Shown here piece after piece: positions 19,994 through 29,831 of a DNA stretch of 64,000 nt (its first letter is position 1; every line of letters starts with the position of its first letter). This DNA comes from Candidatus Hydrogenedentota bacterium (GTDB lineage Bacteria > Hydrogenedentota > Hydrogenedentia > Hydrogenedentales > SLHB01), in NCBI GenBank assembly GCA_029974275.1, contig JARKSN010000288.1, forward strand, positions 14,231-78,230. The letters are read 5' to 3'. The position numbers and the translations under genes were made by a program. A model generated the notes under the pieces. It was not told the origin of the DNA and did no database searches. It saw nothing but the letters and a program-made list of their open reading frames with translations.

Positions 19994-20737
19994 ATGAGAA
20001 TAGATGTCCTGACGCTTTTTCCGGAGTTGTTCGAGAAGCCGCTGTCGGTGAGTCTGCTGGGCAACGCCATGGCCCAGGGCGTTCTCGATGTGGCGGTGAC
20101 GCAGATTCGGGATTTTACGAAGGACCGGCATCGCACCGTGGACGACGCGCCCTTCGGCGGCGGCGCGGGCATGGTGATGAAATGCGAGCCGCTGTTCGAG
20201 GCGGTCGAGAGCCTGCGCGGGCGCAACTCGCTGGAACGGGTGATTTTGATGTCGCCGCGCGGACGCCGGCTCGACCAGACAATCGTGCGCGAGCTGGCGC
20301 AAGCGCCGGACCTCGTGCTCGTCTGCGCGCGGTATGAAGGCGTCGACGAGCGCGTCAGCCAGGCGCTGTGCACGGACGAGCTATCGATCGGCGATTACGT
20401 GCTGAGCGGCGGCGAGCTGCCCGCGTTGGTGTTGATTGAGGCCCTCAGCCGGATGATCCCCGGCGTCGTGGGCAAGTGGGAGTCCGTCGAAACGGATTCG
20501 TTTTACGACGGTATCCTGGGTCCGCCGCAGTACACGCGGCCGGCCGAGTTTCGTGGCGTGGAAGTGCCGGAGGTCTTGCGCAACGGCAACCACGCCGAGA
20601 TAGCGCGCTGGCGACGGCGTGAGGCCCTGCGCGCCACGCGCGCGCGCCGGCCGGATTTGTTGGCGAAGGTGAGGGAAAGCGACCGGAAACTACTCGAAGC
20701 GATCGAGCGAGACGAAAAGGCCGTGAAGGGAGAATAA
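19994..20737 (+). CDS. trmD: tRNA (guanine37-N1)-methyltransferase
   Basis: MRIDVLTLFPELFE...DDAPFGGGAGMVMK is the SPOUT/TrmD signature. Confidence 0.9.
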   Translation: MRIDVLTLFPELFEKPLSVSLLGNAMAQGVLDVAVTQIRDFTKDRHRTVDDAPFGGGAGMVMKCEPLFEAVESLRGRNSLERVILMSPRGRRLDQTIVRELAQAPDLVLVCARYEGVDERVSQALCTDELSIGDYVLSGGELPALVLIEALSRMIPGVVGKWESVETDSFYDGILGPPQYTRPAEFRGVEVPEVLRNGNHAEIARWRRREALRATRARRPDLLAKVRESDRKLLEAIERDEKAVKGE

Positions 20738-20740
20738 GCC

Positions 20741-21118
20741 GTGAACCTACTAGATGAATTCAAACAGTCACAGAAGAAGACAGGCGACAAGATTCCGAAG
20801 TTCCGGATCGGCGACACCGTCCGCGTCCACTTTCGCATCGTGGAAGGCGAAAAGGAACGCATCCAGGTATACGAAGGCGTCGTGATCGGACGCAAAGGCG
20901 ACGAAGGCCCGGAAGCGAACTTCACCGTGCGTCGCGTGGCCTTCGGCGAAGGCGTCGAACGCGTGTTTCCGCTGCACTCGCCGCGCGTCGAGAAGGTGCA
21001 AGTCACCCGCGAAGGCAGCGTGCGTCGCGCCAAACTCTACTATCTGCGCGAACGTTCCGGCAAGGCCGCCCGCGTGAAGGCCAAGGAACGTTCGACGGTA
21101 AAAAAAGTGCAGCAGTAA
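20741..21118 (+). CDS. rplS: 50S ribosomal protein L19
   Basis: 125 aa with GTG start. [29 protein letters not shown]. Confidence 0.9.
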   Translation: MNLLDEFKQSQKKTGDKIPKFRIGDTVRVHFRIVEGEKERIQVYEGVVIGRKGDEGPEANFTVRRVAFGEGVERVFPLHSPRVEKVQVTREGSVRRAKLYYLRERSGKAARVKAKERSTVKKVQQ

Positions 21119-21133
21119 GCTTGAATGTCTATC

Positions 21134-21286
21134 GGGGAAACCTCGTCGAAACGAGGTTTCCCCGAACCCCTTCCAGAAACGTTTGAGCGTGGCGCATCCT
21201 ACGCGCGAAGCGCACCCAAAAGTTCTTGGGAGGGATGTGGGGAAGCCCTTCTTGCAGGAAACGTTTCCCCAGACCCCTTTATCTCC
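21134..21286. repeat. Family-1 nested palindromic intergenic repeat, copy B (between rplS and rnhB)
   Basis: GGGGAAACCTCGTCGAAACGAGGTTTCCCC + GAACCCCTTCC + AGAAACGTTTGAGCG...CGCACCCAAAAGTTCTTGG + GAGGGATGT + GGGGAAGCCCTTCTTGCAGGAAACGTTTCCCC + AGACCCC. Same architecture as copy A. Confidence 0.8.
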
Positions 21287-21298
21287 CTGGAGACCGCT

Positions 21299-22099
21299 AT
21301 GCACGCCCTGCCATCTTTGGATTCGCTCCGCGCCATGGCCGCCGCAGGCCCGCCGTATGACAACGGATTCCTCGCGTCGTTGCAGCGCGATCCCCGGACG
21401 TCGGCGCGCGCGTTATATGCACGCTGCGTGCGCCGGGCGACGCGGAACGCCGCACTGGTCGCCCGCGCCGACGCCATGATGCAATTCGAGCGCGAGGCCC
21501 ATGCCGCCGGATTCAAGCGCATTGCGGGCGTCGACGAGGCCGGACGCGGCCCCTTGGCAGGCCCCATCGTCGGGGCTGCGGTCGTATTGGCGGAACCCGT
21601 CCCGGGGCTGAACGACTCGAAGCAGTTGACCTCCGAGCAACGCGAACTGCTCTTCGCCGAGTTGCACGACGGTCGACACGCGATCGGCGTGGCCATGCTC
21701 GCGCCGGAAATCATCGATCTCCAAGGCATTCAAGCCGCGAACTATTCCTGCATGGCGCAAGCCGCGGCGAAGATCGATCCGTCGCCGGACTTCCTGCTCG
21801 TGGACGGATTCGCCATACCCGGCTGCCGCTGGCCGCACAAGCGCATTGTGAAAGGCGATTGCCTGTCGCAATCCATCGCCGCGGCCAGCATCATCGCCAA
21901 AGTCATCCGCGATCGCATCATGATCGAACTCGACCGGGCGTATCCGCGCTACGGCTTTGCCCAACACAAAGGCTACGGCACGCAAGCGCACCTCGACGCG
22001 ATCAAGACGCACGGCCCCTGTCCGGCGCATCGCAAGAGCTTCGCCCCAGTTGCGGAATGGGCCGAAACCGGTGTACTGTTTCCTCCTTCCGCCCGATAG
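21299..22099 (+). CDS. rnhB: Ribonuclease HII (with ~60-aa N-terminal extension)
   Basis: Start MHALPSL inside ORF 21125..22099, since the upstream part of that ORF is the repeat element. RNase HII core GVDEAGRGPLAGPIV...DSKQLT.... Confidence 0.85.
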   Translation: MHALPSLDSLRAMAAAGPPYDNGFLASLQRDPRTSARALYARCVRRATRNAALVARADAMMQFEREAHAAGFKRIAGVDEAGRGPLAGPIVGAAVVLAEPVPGLNDSKQLTSEQRELLFAELHDGRHAIGVAMLAPEIIDLQGIQAANYSCMAQAAAKIDPSPDFLLVDGFAIPGCRWPHKRIVKGDCLSQSIAAASIIAKVIRDRIMIELDRAYPRYGFAQHKGYGTQAHLDAIKTHGPCPAHRKSFAPVAEWAETGVLFPPSAR

Positions 22100-22141
22100 A
22101 GCGGCGGCAACGCCCAACAGCCGGAACCGGAGCGCCTTCAC

Positions 22142-23968
22142 GTGAACACGATCGTCTGCCATGACCAACGCCCTCGGGCTGTTGCCCTCCTTGCGCGGCG
22201 AAGCGCAAAGGCGTTGCGGCGATCTGCGGCCATCCTTCTATCCGGCGGCCTCTTCCTTCTTCTGGCCGGGTGCGCCACAACCCATGCGCGGATCGTGGAC
22301 GACGAGGGCGCGCGCGTCGTCAAGCGCGAAAAAACTGCCACATCCATGGCCGAAGCGATAACGCATTATCTCGCGGCGACGATCGACAAGCGCAACGGAC
22401 GTTTCGAAGAGGCCGCCGTCGGCCTGCAAGCCGCCGCCGCCGCCCTGCCCGACAATGCCCCGCTGGCCATCGAGCTCGTCCAAGCCTATCTGCGCACCAA
22501 GGACCTCGCCCAGGCCCTGCAAGCGTGCGAACGCGCCGTCGTGCTCTCCCCAGACGACGCCAGCCTCTGGATCGTCCTGGGGTGGCTGTATCGCAACCAG
22601 GACCTCTACGAAAGCGCCGAGGCCTCCTTCCGCAAGGCCATCTCCATCGACAAGCAAAATCCCCTCGGATACGAAGCCCTGGCCATGATTCAGGAAAAGA
22701 CCAACGACCTCGTTTCCGCCATCGACATATACGAAAGCATGCTCGCCATCTTGCCCCAATCGGCGGCGCTCCACTATCAGCTAGGCCTCACCTTGGCGCG
22801 CATCAACGACACCCGAGGCGCGCGCGCGGCCGTCGAACAAGCGCTCGCATTGGACCCCGGCCTGGACCAGGCGCGCTTCCTGCTCGGCGTCGTTTGCCTC
22901 GATCTCGGCGACAACGGCCTCGCCATCGAACAACTCGCCCGGGTGGTCGAAGCCAATCCCTTTGACATCCGCGCCCGCCAGAACCTGGCCGCGGCATTCG
23001 CGCGGCAAGGGCAACACGACAAGGCCATTCAGCAGTACGACGCCATTTTGGCCTCGCCGGACGCTTCTCCCAAGGACACCCTCGCCCGGACATACCTCCT
23101 GCTGCGCGCAGGCGATTATCAGCAAGTCATGAACATCACCCCGCCCAACGCCGCGCCCTACATGGGCCGACTGCTGCAAACGCTCGCGATCAAGTCCAGC
23201 GGAGGCGCCTACCGAGACGCCCTGGAATCGCTTGACCAAATCCAAGGCGACCTCGACGCCGAGAGCAAAAACTTCCTGAGCGAATTGGCGTCGCTTTTCG
23301 GAAAAACGGAAGTGAGCGGCTATTTCATCGAGGCGTTTCAGGCCTTCCGCTCGGAGGGCGTCGTCTCGCGGACTGTGGACGCCTTGCTCGCGCGCGTTTT
23401 GATCACGATCAAGGATTACGCCCAAGCGGAAGCCGTCCTGACCGACGCCCTCGCCCGCCACGGCCAGGACAAGCTCCTTCATCTGTACGCCGGGATGGTC
23501 TACAACGATCTCGATCGCTTCGACGAAACCGAGGCGCATCTCCGGGCGTGCCTCGCCATCGATCCGAACGACGCGGAAGTGATGAACTTTCTCGGCTATC
23601 TGTACGCCGATAAAAACCGGAAACTGGACGAGGCCCATGCGCTGTTGAAACGCGCCCTCGAAATCGATCCCGTCAACGGCTATTTCCTGGACAGCATGGG
23701 ATGGGTATTCTACCGCCAAGGCAACGCGGACAAAGCCGTCGAGTATATCCGGAAAGCCATCCTCGCCATGGATTCGGACGACGCGGAGCTGCGCAACCAC
23801 CTCGGCGACGCCTATCTGCTCCAAGGCGACCTCGAAAAGGCCATCGGAGAATGGCGCCGGGCGCGCCGGCTCAACCCCGATCTCAAGGGCGTGCAGGAAA
23901 AACTCGATCAGCACGCGATCCACGCCCCGTCAAAGCGCGGGGAACTTCCCGGCCCGCCCGCGCCATGA
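22142..23968 (+). CDS. TPR-repeat lipoprotein
   Basis: 608 aa. N-terminal signal plus lipobox (LLLAGCATT), then >10 TPR units (e.g. AIELVQAYLRTKDLAQALQACERAVVLSPDDA). Confidence 0.7.
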   Translation: MNTIVCHDQRPRAVALLARRSAKALRRSAAILLSGGLFLLLAGCATTHARIVDDEGARVVKREKTATSMAEAITHYLAATIDKRNGRFEEAAVGLQAAAAALPDNAPLAIELVQAYLRTKDLAQALQACERAVVLSPDDASLWIVLGWLYRNQDLYESAEASFRKAISIDKQNPLGYEALAMIQEKTNDLVSAIDIYESMLAILPQSAALHYQLGLTLARINDTRGARAAVEQALALDPGLDQARFLLGVVCLDLGDNGLAIEQLARVVEANPFDIRARQNLAAAFARQGQHDKAIQQYDAILASPDASPKDTLARTYLLLRAGDYQQVMNITPPNAAPYMGRLLQTLAIKSSGGAYRDALESLDQIQGDLDAESKNFLSELASLFGKTEVSGYFIEAFQAFRSEGVVSRTVDALLARVLITIKDYAQAEAVLTDALARHGQDKLLHLYAGMVYNDLDRFDETEAHLRACLAIDPNDAEVMNFLGYLYADKNRKLDEAHALLKRALEIDPVNGYFLDSMGWVFYRQGNADKAVEYIRKAILAMDSDDAELRNHLGDAYLLQGDLEKAIGEWRRARRLNPDLKGVQEKLDQHAIHAPSKRGELPGPPAP

Positions 23969-24026
23969 CCGCTCTTGTCCGTCGCGACCGCTTTTCCGCC
24001 CATCCCGCGACACCTGCGGGGGCCTC

Positions 24027-24593
24027 ATGAGCCTGTTCGCGACGCTGGCCATATCCGTCGGCCTGGCGATGGACGCGTTCGCCGTGGCCATCGCTTCAAG
24101 CATTGCCATGGGCGACATCACCCGTCGGCAAATATTCCGCTTCGCATTCCATTTCGGCCTGTTTCAGGCCCTCATGCCGATTTTGGGATGGATGGCCGGA
24201 CGAACCGTCCATGCATGGATACGCGACTGGGACCATTGGATCGCTTTCGGCCTGCTTTCCTGGGTGGGCCTCAAGGCGATTCGCGAAGCCCTCAAGGAAG
24301 AAACCCACGCCAACGAGGAGCGCGCCGATCCCACCCGCGGCATGAGCCTCGTGATGCTCTCCACCGCCGTCAGCATCGACGCCCTGGCCGTGGGACTCAG
24401 CTTCGCCATGCTCGATGTCCAGATATGGACTCCCTGCATCATCATCGGAATCATCACGGGCGGATTCACCGTCGTGGGCATGACCATCGGAAGCCGCCTT
24501 GGCTCCCGATTCGGCAAACGCATGGAGATCGTCGGCGGCCTTGTGCTGCTTGGAATCGGCGCGCACATCCTGCTGCAACATCTCCTCGCATAA
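24027..24593 (+). CDS. mntP: Manganese efflux pump MntP (DUF204)
   Basis: 188 aa. Duplicated MDAFAV / IDALAVG motifs and 6 TM segments. Confidence 0.85.
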   Translation: MSLFATLAISVGLAMDAFAVAIASSIAMGDITRRQIFRFAFHFGLFQALMPILGWMAGRTVHAWIRDWDHWIAFGLLSWVGLKAIREALKEETHANEERADPTRGMSLVMLSTAVSIDALAVGLSFAMLDVQIWTPCIIIGIITGGFTVVGMTIGSRLGSRFGKRMEIVGGLVLLGIGAHILLQHLLA

Positions 24594-24689
24594 TCCCCCG
24601 GAAAAGCGCGCCGGGAAACTGGAAACCCGCTGCGATTTTTGCTAGCATCCTCCCCTTGGACAGCGCAAAACAAAGCTGTTCCGCTCTGC

Positions 24690-24779
24690 GGAGAGGTGGC
24701 CGAGTGGTTGAAGGCGGCGGCCTCGAAAGCCGTTGTACCGCTTGCGGTACCCGGGGTTCGAATCCCCGCCTCTCCGCCA
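24690..24779 (+). tRNA. tRNA-Ser (anticodon CGA)
   Basis: GGAGAGGTGGCCGAGTGGTTGAAGGC...CTCGAAA anticodon loop. 18-nt variable arm, T-arm CGGGGTTCGAATCCCCG, 3' CCA encoded. 90 nt. Confidence 0.85.
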
Positions 24780-24886
24780 TTCCCCCCAACGTTCCGCGAG
24801 GCATCGCCCCAACGCGTACGGGCCGTCGTTTCCGGAAGCGCGTGGGCATGGCACAAACGCCCCAAGGGCAAGGAACCGGCGCCCCC

Positions 24887-26809
24887 ATGAAACAGACCCT
24901 TGTCGTTGGAAAACGGGCGGGATCGCCCGAACGTCTGGCCTGTGACGACCTGAAACAAGACCTCGAACGAGTCACCGGGGCGCCCGTGACCATCCAGTCC
25001 GAAGAGGCCGGAATCCCTGACGACGGCATCGCCTATCTCGTGGGAACGCCCGATAGCAGCGACGCCATCGCGGCCTTGAGCGCTTCGGGGCAGATCGCCG
25101 TGACCGCCGCGCACCCCGGGCCGCAAGGGGGCCAAATCGTCCGCGTGGACCGCGCGGGAAAAGGCCCCTTGATGGTTCTCGCAGGCAGCGACTTTCGCGG
25201 CGCGCAGCGAGCGGTCTACGCGTTTTCGCACACCTGCCTGGGCGTAGATCCGTTCCAATACTTTACGGGGTATGTTCCCCCGCAACAGCCCGACTTCCAG
25301 CCGCCCGCCATCGACCGGACACTGCCTCCGCCGTCGGCGCCGATCCTTTGTTATTTCGACAACGACGACGACGAACTGGCGAATATGACCCAGCCCTACC
25401 TCGAATTCGATCTCGACACCTGGAAGGGGCTCGTCGATTCTCTCGTGCGCATTGGCTACAATGCGATCGACATCCACGATCAACTCGGCCGCAGCGAATT
25501 TTACCGCTGGGACGATTACAAGCGAATCCGCCCCGACTACCGCTGCGATCTCGACCTCGTCTCGCGCCTGATCGACTATGCGCACAGCAAGGGCGTGATG
25601 ATCCAAATCCCCATGTACCTCGCGTGGGAGTTCAGGCACATCACCGAGGAGCAGGCGAACTGCTGGACGCATCACAAGCAGGCGTGGATCGACACGTGGA
25701 CCTACTACCTGAAAGAAACGCCGCTGGGCAAGGGCGATATCTTCCTCGATCGCCCCCGCAGCCAACTGTGGGATTCCTACTACAAAAGCAGCATCGGCGA
25801 AGACGTGGGCGAGGTCATGACGGAAGCGTTCGCCGCGTTGCGCGACGCGGTCTTGGAACACAATCCGCGCGCCGTGCTTATTTGCGATCTCTACGCGCAC
25901 GGTCAAGACCTTTGGCGCGAAGGCCGCTTCGCTCCGCCCCGCGACTACATCATGGCGTGGCCCAATGACGGTTGGGGCCATTACGCCGATTTCCCGCAAG
26001 ACCTGCGAGGCTACCGCTTCGGCTGCTACATGCACGCGGGCTTTTGGCTAAACCACGTCGTCCAGGACCCCTACCCCGCGCGCATCGAGCGCAGCATGCG
26101 CGAACTGCTGACGCGCCATCGCGCAAATCATTACGTCCTCGTGAATGGCCAGACCTTCCGCCACTTCTTGCTCAACCTGGAAGCCTACAGCCGCGCCGTC
26201 GCCGATCCCGATCGCTTCGACGGCGAAGCCTTCCACCGGGAATTCATGACGCGCTACTTCGGCGCGAAAGCCGCGCCCCATGCAGTCGCCGCCTTCGACC
26301 AACTTCACGAAGCGAACGGCAAAGGATATGTCAGTCTCATCCACGACGTCATGAGCGATCTCAATGCCTGCAAAGAGCGCAAGGTCTTCGATTCGCTGGA
26401 CGCCCTGCGCACAGACCGGGCCGCCTGCGCCGATCGCCTTGCAATGCTTGAATCGGCTCTCGAAAAAGCCCTTCAGGCCGACGCCGTCGCGGACGACCAA
26501 GCCGGTTTTTGCCACGATCACGTCGTGTTGCCAATCCGTTTGTTTGTGCAGACCGTCGCGCTCCGGCTGGCCTTGCAAGACGCCCTCGTCGCGTGGAACG
26601 AAAACGCCCGAGAAGGCCGGCAAGACGGCAAGACGCGCGCCGAGGCCGCCATCGCCCGCGCCAGAGACATCCTTGCCGCCCACCTGAAAACCCGCGAGGA
26701 CGGCGACAAAAACCCGAAATGGAAAACGTGGTATGACCCGGCCAAGCGCCGGCCCAACGGCGGATTTCCCACGATGGCCGACCTCGACGGCATCCGTTTC
26801 GCCGAATAA
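24887..26809 (+). CDS. Hypothetical protein, putative glycoside-hydrolase-like (alpha-glucuronidase-type N-domain + TIM-barrel-like region)
   Basis: Start MKQTLVVGKRAGSPE inside ORF 23975..26809. The ORF's upstream part overlaps mntP and the tRNA and is not coding. Family assignment (GH115/DUF4838-like) is tentative. Confidence 0.5.
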   Translation: MKQTLVVGKRAGSPERLACDDLKQDLERVTGAPVTIQSEEAGIPDDGIAYLVGTPDSSDAIAALSASGQIAVTAAHPGPQGGQIVRVDRAGKGPLMVLAGSDFRGAQRAVYAFSHTCLGVDPFQYFTGYVPPQQPDFQPPAIDRTLPPPSAPILCYFDNDDDELANMTQPYLEFDLDTWKGLVDSLVRIGYNAIDIHDQLGRSEFYRWDDYKRIRPDYRCDLDLVSRLIDYAHSKGVMIQIPMYLAWEFRHITEEQANCWTHHKQAWIDTWTYYLKETPLGKGDIFLDRPRSQLWDSYYKSSIGEDVGEVMTEAFAALRDAVLEHNPRAVLICDLYAHGQDLWREGRFAPPRDYIMAWPNDGWGHYADFPQDLRGYRFGCYMHAGFWLNHVVQDPYPARIERSMRELLTRHRANHYVLVNGQTFRHFLLNLEAYSRAVADPDRFDGEAFHREFMTRYFGAKAAPHAVAAFDQLHEANGKGYVSLIHDVMSDLNACKERKVFDSLDALRTDRAACADRLAMLESALEKALQADAVADDQAGFCHDHVVLPIRLFVQTVALRLALQDALVAWNENAREGRQDGKTRAEAAIARARDILAAHLKTREDGDKNPKWKTWYDPAKRRPNGGFPTMADLDGIRFAE

Positions 26810-26834
26810 CGGGACGCGCCGCGTCCCGAGCGCG

Positions 26835-29264
26835 TCACTCGAGATGCCGCTCGAAATTGAAGGTGGACGCGGCCGCTTCGGGATCCTCGGCGGCCAGCGC
26901 GCGGCGCATGGCGCGAAGCGGATCGGGGTCGAGCGTTAGATCGTATACCAGCGCGTACACGCCTTGCGCGCGCAAGCCGGAGACGTGCTTGCGCAGGTGG
27001 AACGGCTGTGCGGGGGTCACGGTGACGATGCCTTCGCGACGCTCGACCCGCACGCGCAAGCGAGGCGTCTGGAGCCGGTATTCGCCGTCGGGCGGCGCCG
27101 GAACGCGCGATTGAAACAACGGCGCGTGCCCGTACACGCACACGGCCGTCTGCGCCGGGGGCGCGCATCGAAGAAGCCCCGCAAGCCCTTCGGCGTCGCC
27201 TTCGATGCTGTACGTCACGACATCCGCGCCAAGTTCGCGCAGTTGCGCGTGACACGCCGCATTGAGACACCCAATGCCCGGCGCGGTCATCACGAACAGA
27301 TTGCGGCGTCCGGTTGCATGCAAGAGCTGAAAATGCGCCAGGTTCGACGCCTCGAACCGACGCAGACCCAGCGCGAGCGCCTGGCGGATCCGCTCGGCGG
27401 CATGCGCGCGATCATCCGTCGTAAACTGAAACGTCGGCAGCGCCAACACAAGCCGTTCGCGATGGCTGGACGTGCGCGCAAAACGCCGGAACTCGTGATT
27501 CTCCACGTCGCGCAATGGCAGGACCACATCGCACCCCGCCCCCTCGTCGCCCAGCGAAGCCACGTCCGCGAACGCGTTCAGCCGTATCATGGTGCGCGTT
27601 TCGGCCGCAGGCGCCTCGTTCGCCGCCTGGCAGACCTCCTCCAAAACTGCGTCTCGCTGCCGATCCAGCGCATCCGTCAACTGCGCCAATGCACGATCGC
27701 GAAACGCCTCCCATTCGGTCATGCCAACGCGCACTTCCGGGTCCATCTCCGGCCCCACCCCAACGTCGAGGCGGACCGCAAACGCCTCGCTGCCCGTGCG
27801 CAACACGCGCAATGCGTCCTGTAACGGGATGGCGCCGGCCCACGTTTGCCGTTGATTCACGCGAAATGACTCGGCGCCCGCGGTGACCTTCAGCGCAAGG
27901 TCGTTGCGCCCACCGGGGCTCAGCCACGCGGCAAACGCCGTCTTGGACCGCGCCGTTGCCTCGGCCCACTGCCGGTCGAACAGCCGCGCGGCGCCGCGTT
28001 CGACTGCGTCCGCATCCGCCGCCTTAATCACCCGAGAGCCCGCCGGAACGACAAACGGGGCTTCGAGCTCCACGCGCTGGCCCGCGTGGCATCGCTTGAT
28101 GACGCGGTCTTCGAGACGCAGATCGCGCACGACGAATCCGCGCGGGGCCTCGTTCGGCCTTATCTGCACGCGCAAACGGTCTCCCGCTTTCACGGGCGCG
28201 CTCGGAATCAGCCCAAACCGTCCATGCTTGCCAGGCAGCGCTTCGCCCAGCGCCCGGCCGCTCTGCGTCTCGGCGGGGTCGCCCAGGATATGCGCCGGCT
28301 CCGCGGACACATAGAAACCGGCGCTTCGTTCACGCCCCACCGCGCGATCGAAACAGCGCTTTGCTTCGTCGATGATCTCCGCGGTGATTCTCGGATATGC
28401 GTCAACCAAGAGGCGATACGCCCGAACCGTCTGCGCGATGGTCTCCGCGGGCTTCAGGCGGCCTTCGATTTTGAAGGAGCGGATGCCGCAGGGAATGAGT
28501 TGCTCCAAAACCGGACCGGCATTCAAGTCGCGCATGGAAAAAAGCGCCTGCTCGTTTCCCGCCTCCCCGTTTCCTGTCGCGAAAGCGCGCCGGCATGGCT
28601 GCATGCAGCGCCCGCGGTTTGCGCTTCTGCCGTGCGCGTAGCTGCTGAACAGACACTGACCCGAAATCGAGTAGCAGTGCGCCCCGTGAACGAAGGTTTC
28701 GAGTTCGATGGTGCACGACGCGCGGATGTTCCGGATTTCGTCCAAGGTGAGCTCGCGCGCGAGGATGACGCGTTCCAACCCCATCCGTTGCGCCTGCAAC
28801 GCGCCGTCGAGATTATGAATGGTCATCTGCGTCGACGCATGCAGCGGCATTTCCGGAGCCAGTTTTCGCGCAAGGCGGTAGACGCCGAGGTCCTGAACGA
28901 TCAGCGCGTCCGGTTGGATGCGGCGCAAGGCGTCGAGCGTCCGCACAAGCTCGGGCAACTCATCTTGGCGGACGAGCGTGTTGAGCGTCACGTACAGCCG
29001 CCGCCCTTGCGCATGCGCAAACGCCGTCATGCGCGCGATATCGTCCATCGAGAAATTGGCTGCCCGCAACCGTGCATTGAAATTTTGCGCGCCAACGTAC
29101 ACCGCGTCCGCGCCTGCGGCAAGCGCGGCGAAGAAGGTCTCGATGCGCCCCGCCGGAGCGAGCAATTCCGGCTTGGCGCCCGATTTCCATGCAGCCAGAC
29201 GCGCCTTGCGCGGCAACAACGGGGCCACGGGACGCCGACGATCTGGGGAAGAGTGCGATGCCAT
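26835..29264 (-). CDS. Peptidase U32 family protein, long form (~809 aa, C-terminal extension)
   Basis: N-terminal U32 core ...PELLAPAGRIETFFAALAAGADAVYVGAQNF...ALIVQDLGV...CYSISGQC.... Long C-terminal domain. Confidence 0.8.
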   Translation of the reverse strand: MASHSSPDRRRPVAPLLPRKARLAAWKSGAKPELLAPAGRIETFFAALAAGADAVYVGAQNFNARLRAANFSMDDIARMTAFAHAQGRRLYVTLNTLVRQDELPELVRTLDALRRIQPDALIVQDLGVYRLARKLAPEMPLHASTQMTIHNLDGALQAQRMGLERVILARELTLDEIRNIRASCTIELETFVHGAHCYSISGQCLFSSYAHGRSANRGRCMQPCRRAFATGNGEAGNEQALFSMRDLNAGPVLEQLIPCGIRSFKIEGRLKPAETIAQTVRAYRLLVDAYPRITAEIIDEAKRCFDRAVGRERSAGFYVSAEPAHILGDPAETQSGRALGEALPGKHGRFGLIPSAPVKAGDRLRVQIRPNEAPRGFVVRDLRLEDRVIKRCHAGQRVELEAPFVVPAGSRVIKAADADAVERGAARLFDRQWAEATARSKTAFAAWLSPGGRNDLALKVTAGAESFRVNQRQTWAGAIPLQDALRVLRTGSEAFAVRLDVGVGPEMDPEVRVGMTEWEAFRDRALAQLTDALDRQRDAVLEEVCQAANEAPAAETRTMIRLNAFADVASLGDEGAGCDVVLPLRDVENHEFRRFARTSSHRERLVLALPTFQFTTDDRAHAAERIRQALALGLRRFEASNLAHFQLLHATGRRNLFVMTAPGIGCLNAACHAQLRELGADVVTYSIEGDAEGLAGLLRCAPPAQTAVCVYGHAPLFQSRVPAPPDGEYRLQTPRLRVRVERREGIVTVTPAQPFHLRKHVSGLRAQGVYALVYDLTLDPDPLRAMRRALAAEDPEAAASTFNFERHLE

Positions 29265-29322
29265 GCCGATGGGCTCCTCTCAACCGATCAGCCGAAACAA
29301 TGTGCGCGGCGGAATGGCGATC

Positions 29323-29736
29323 CTATTCGGCGGCGGATGGAGCAGGCGCGCCCGAAACGGACGGCTTGACTTGGCCGGGCGCCTTCATGGTGCAACGGCC
29401 CTCGAAAACGACGCCCTCGTCAATGCTGAGACGCGGGGCGGTGATGGTGATATCTCCGATAAGCTTGCCTTTGGACGATATCTCGAGACGTTCATGGGCG
29501 AAAACGTTGCCCTCCACCTCGCCGCTAATGGCGATCTGGCCGGCGACAAGATCGGCCTTGACCTTGCCGGTTTCCTGGATCACGATGGAGTCATCGCAGT
29601 GGATGCAGCCGGAAACGGATCCTTCCACGCGGATCGTGCCGGTGGATTTGACTTCGCCGACCACGGTCGTGCCCTGACCGATAATGGTGACGACTTTCGT
29701 CTCGCTGTAATTTCGTTTTCGTCCTGAATCGAGCAT
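29323..29736 (-). CDS. Bactofilin (CcmA-like cytoskeletal protein)
   Basis: 137 aa. Repetitive beta-helix motifs (TIRVEGSVSG, VAGQIAISGEVEGNV, LIGDITITAPRLSIDEG). AGAGGAAA RBS. Confidence 0.85.
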   Translation of the reverse strand: MLDSGRKRNYSETKVVTIIGQGTTVVGEVKSTGTIRVEGSVSGCIHCDDSIVIQETGKVKADLVAGQIAISGEVEGNVFAHERLEISSKGKLIGDITITAPRLSIDEGVVFEGRCTMKAPGQVKPSVSGAPAPSAAE

Positions 29737-29758
29737 GGCGCGTTTCCTCTAATGAAGC

Positions 29759-29780
29759 GCCCCCAATCCGGATTGGGGGC
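29759..29780. other. Perfect 22-nt palindrome (GCCCCCAATCCGGATTGGGGGC) between M23 peptidase stop and bactofilin start
   Basis: Seen directly. No U-tract follows on the minus-strand transcript, so it is an intercistronic stem-loop rather than a canonical intrinsic terminator. Confidence 0.5.
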
Positions 29781-29831
29781 GACGTCGAGGGGCATGATAC
29801 CTTAGATGGACCGCCCGGCGCTAGTAAGGCC

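Noticed and set aside
21125-21298. N-terminal 58 codons of the rnhB ORF, and the analogous 5' extensions of the carB ORF (5718-5834) and greA-adjacent ORFs
   Set aside because: These stretches are the family-1 palindromic repeat. Similar peptide words appear on both strands because the DNA is palindromic, not because it is coding.
23975-24886. 944-aa ORF 23975-26809 as a single gene
   Set aside because: Its 5' third overlaps mntP (another frame) and runs through tRNA-Ser. The real CDS most plausibly begins at MKQTLVVG (~24887) after the tRNA.
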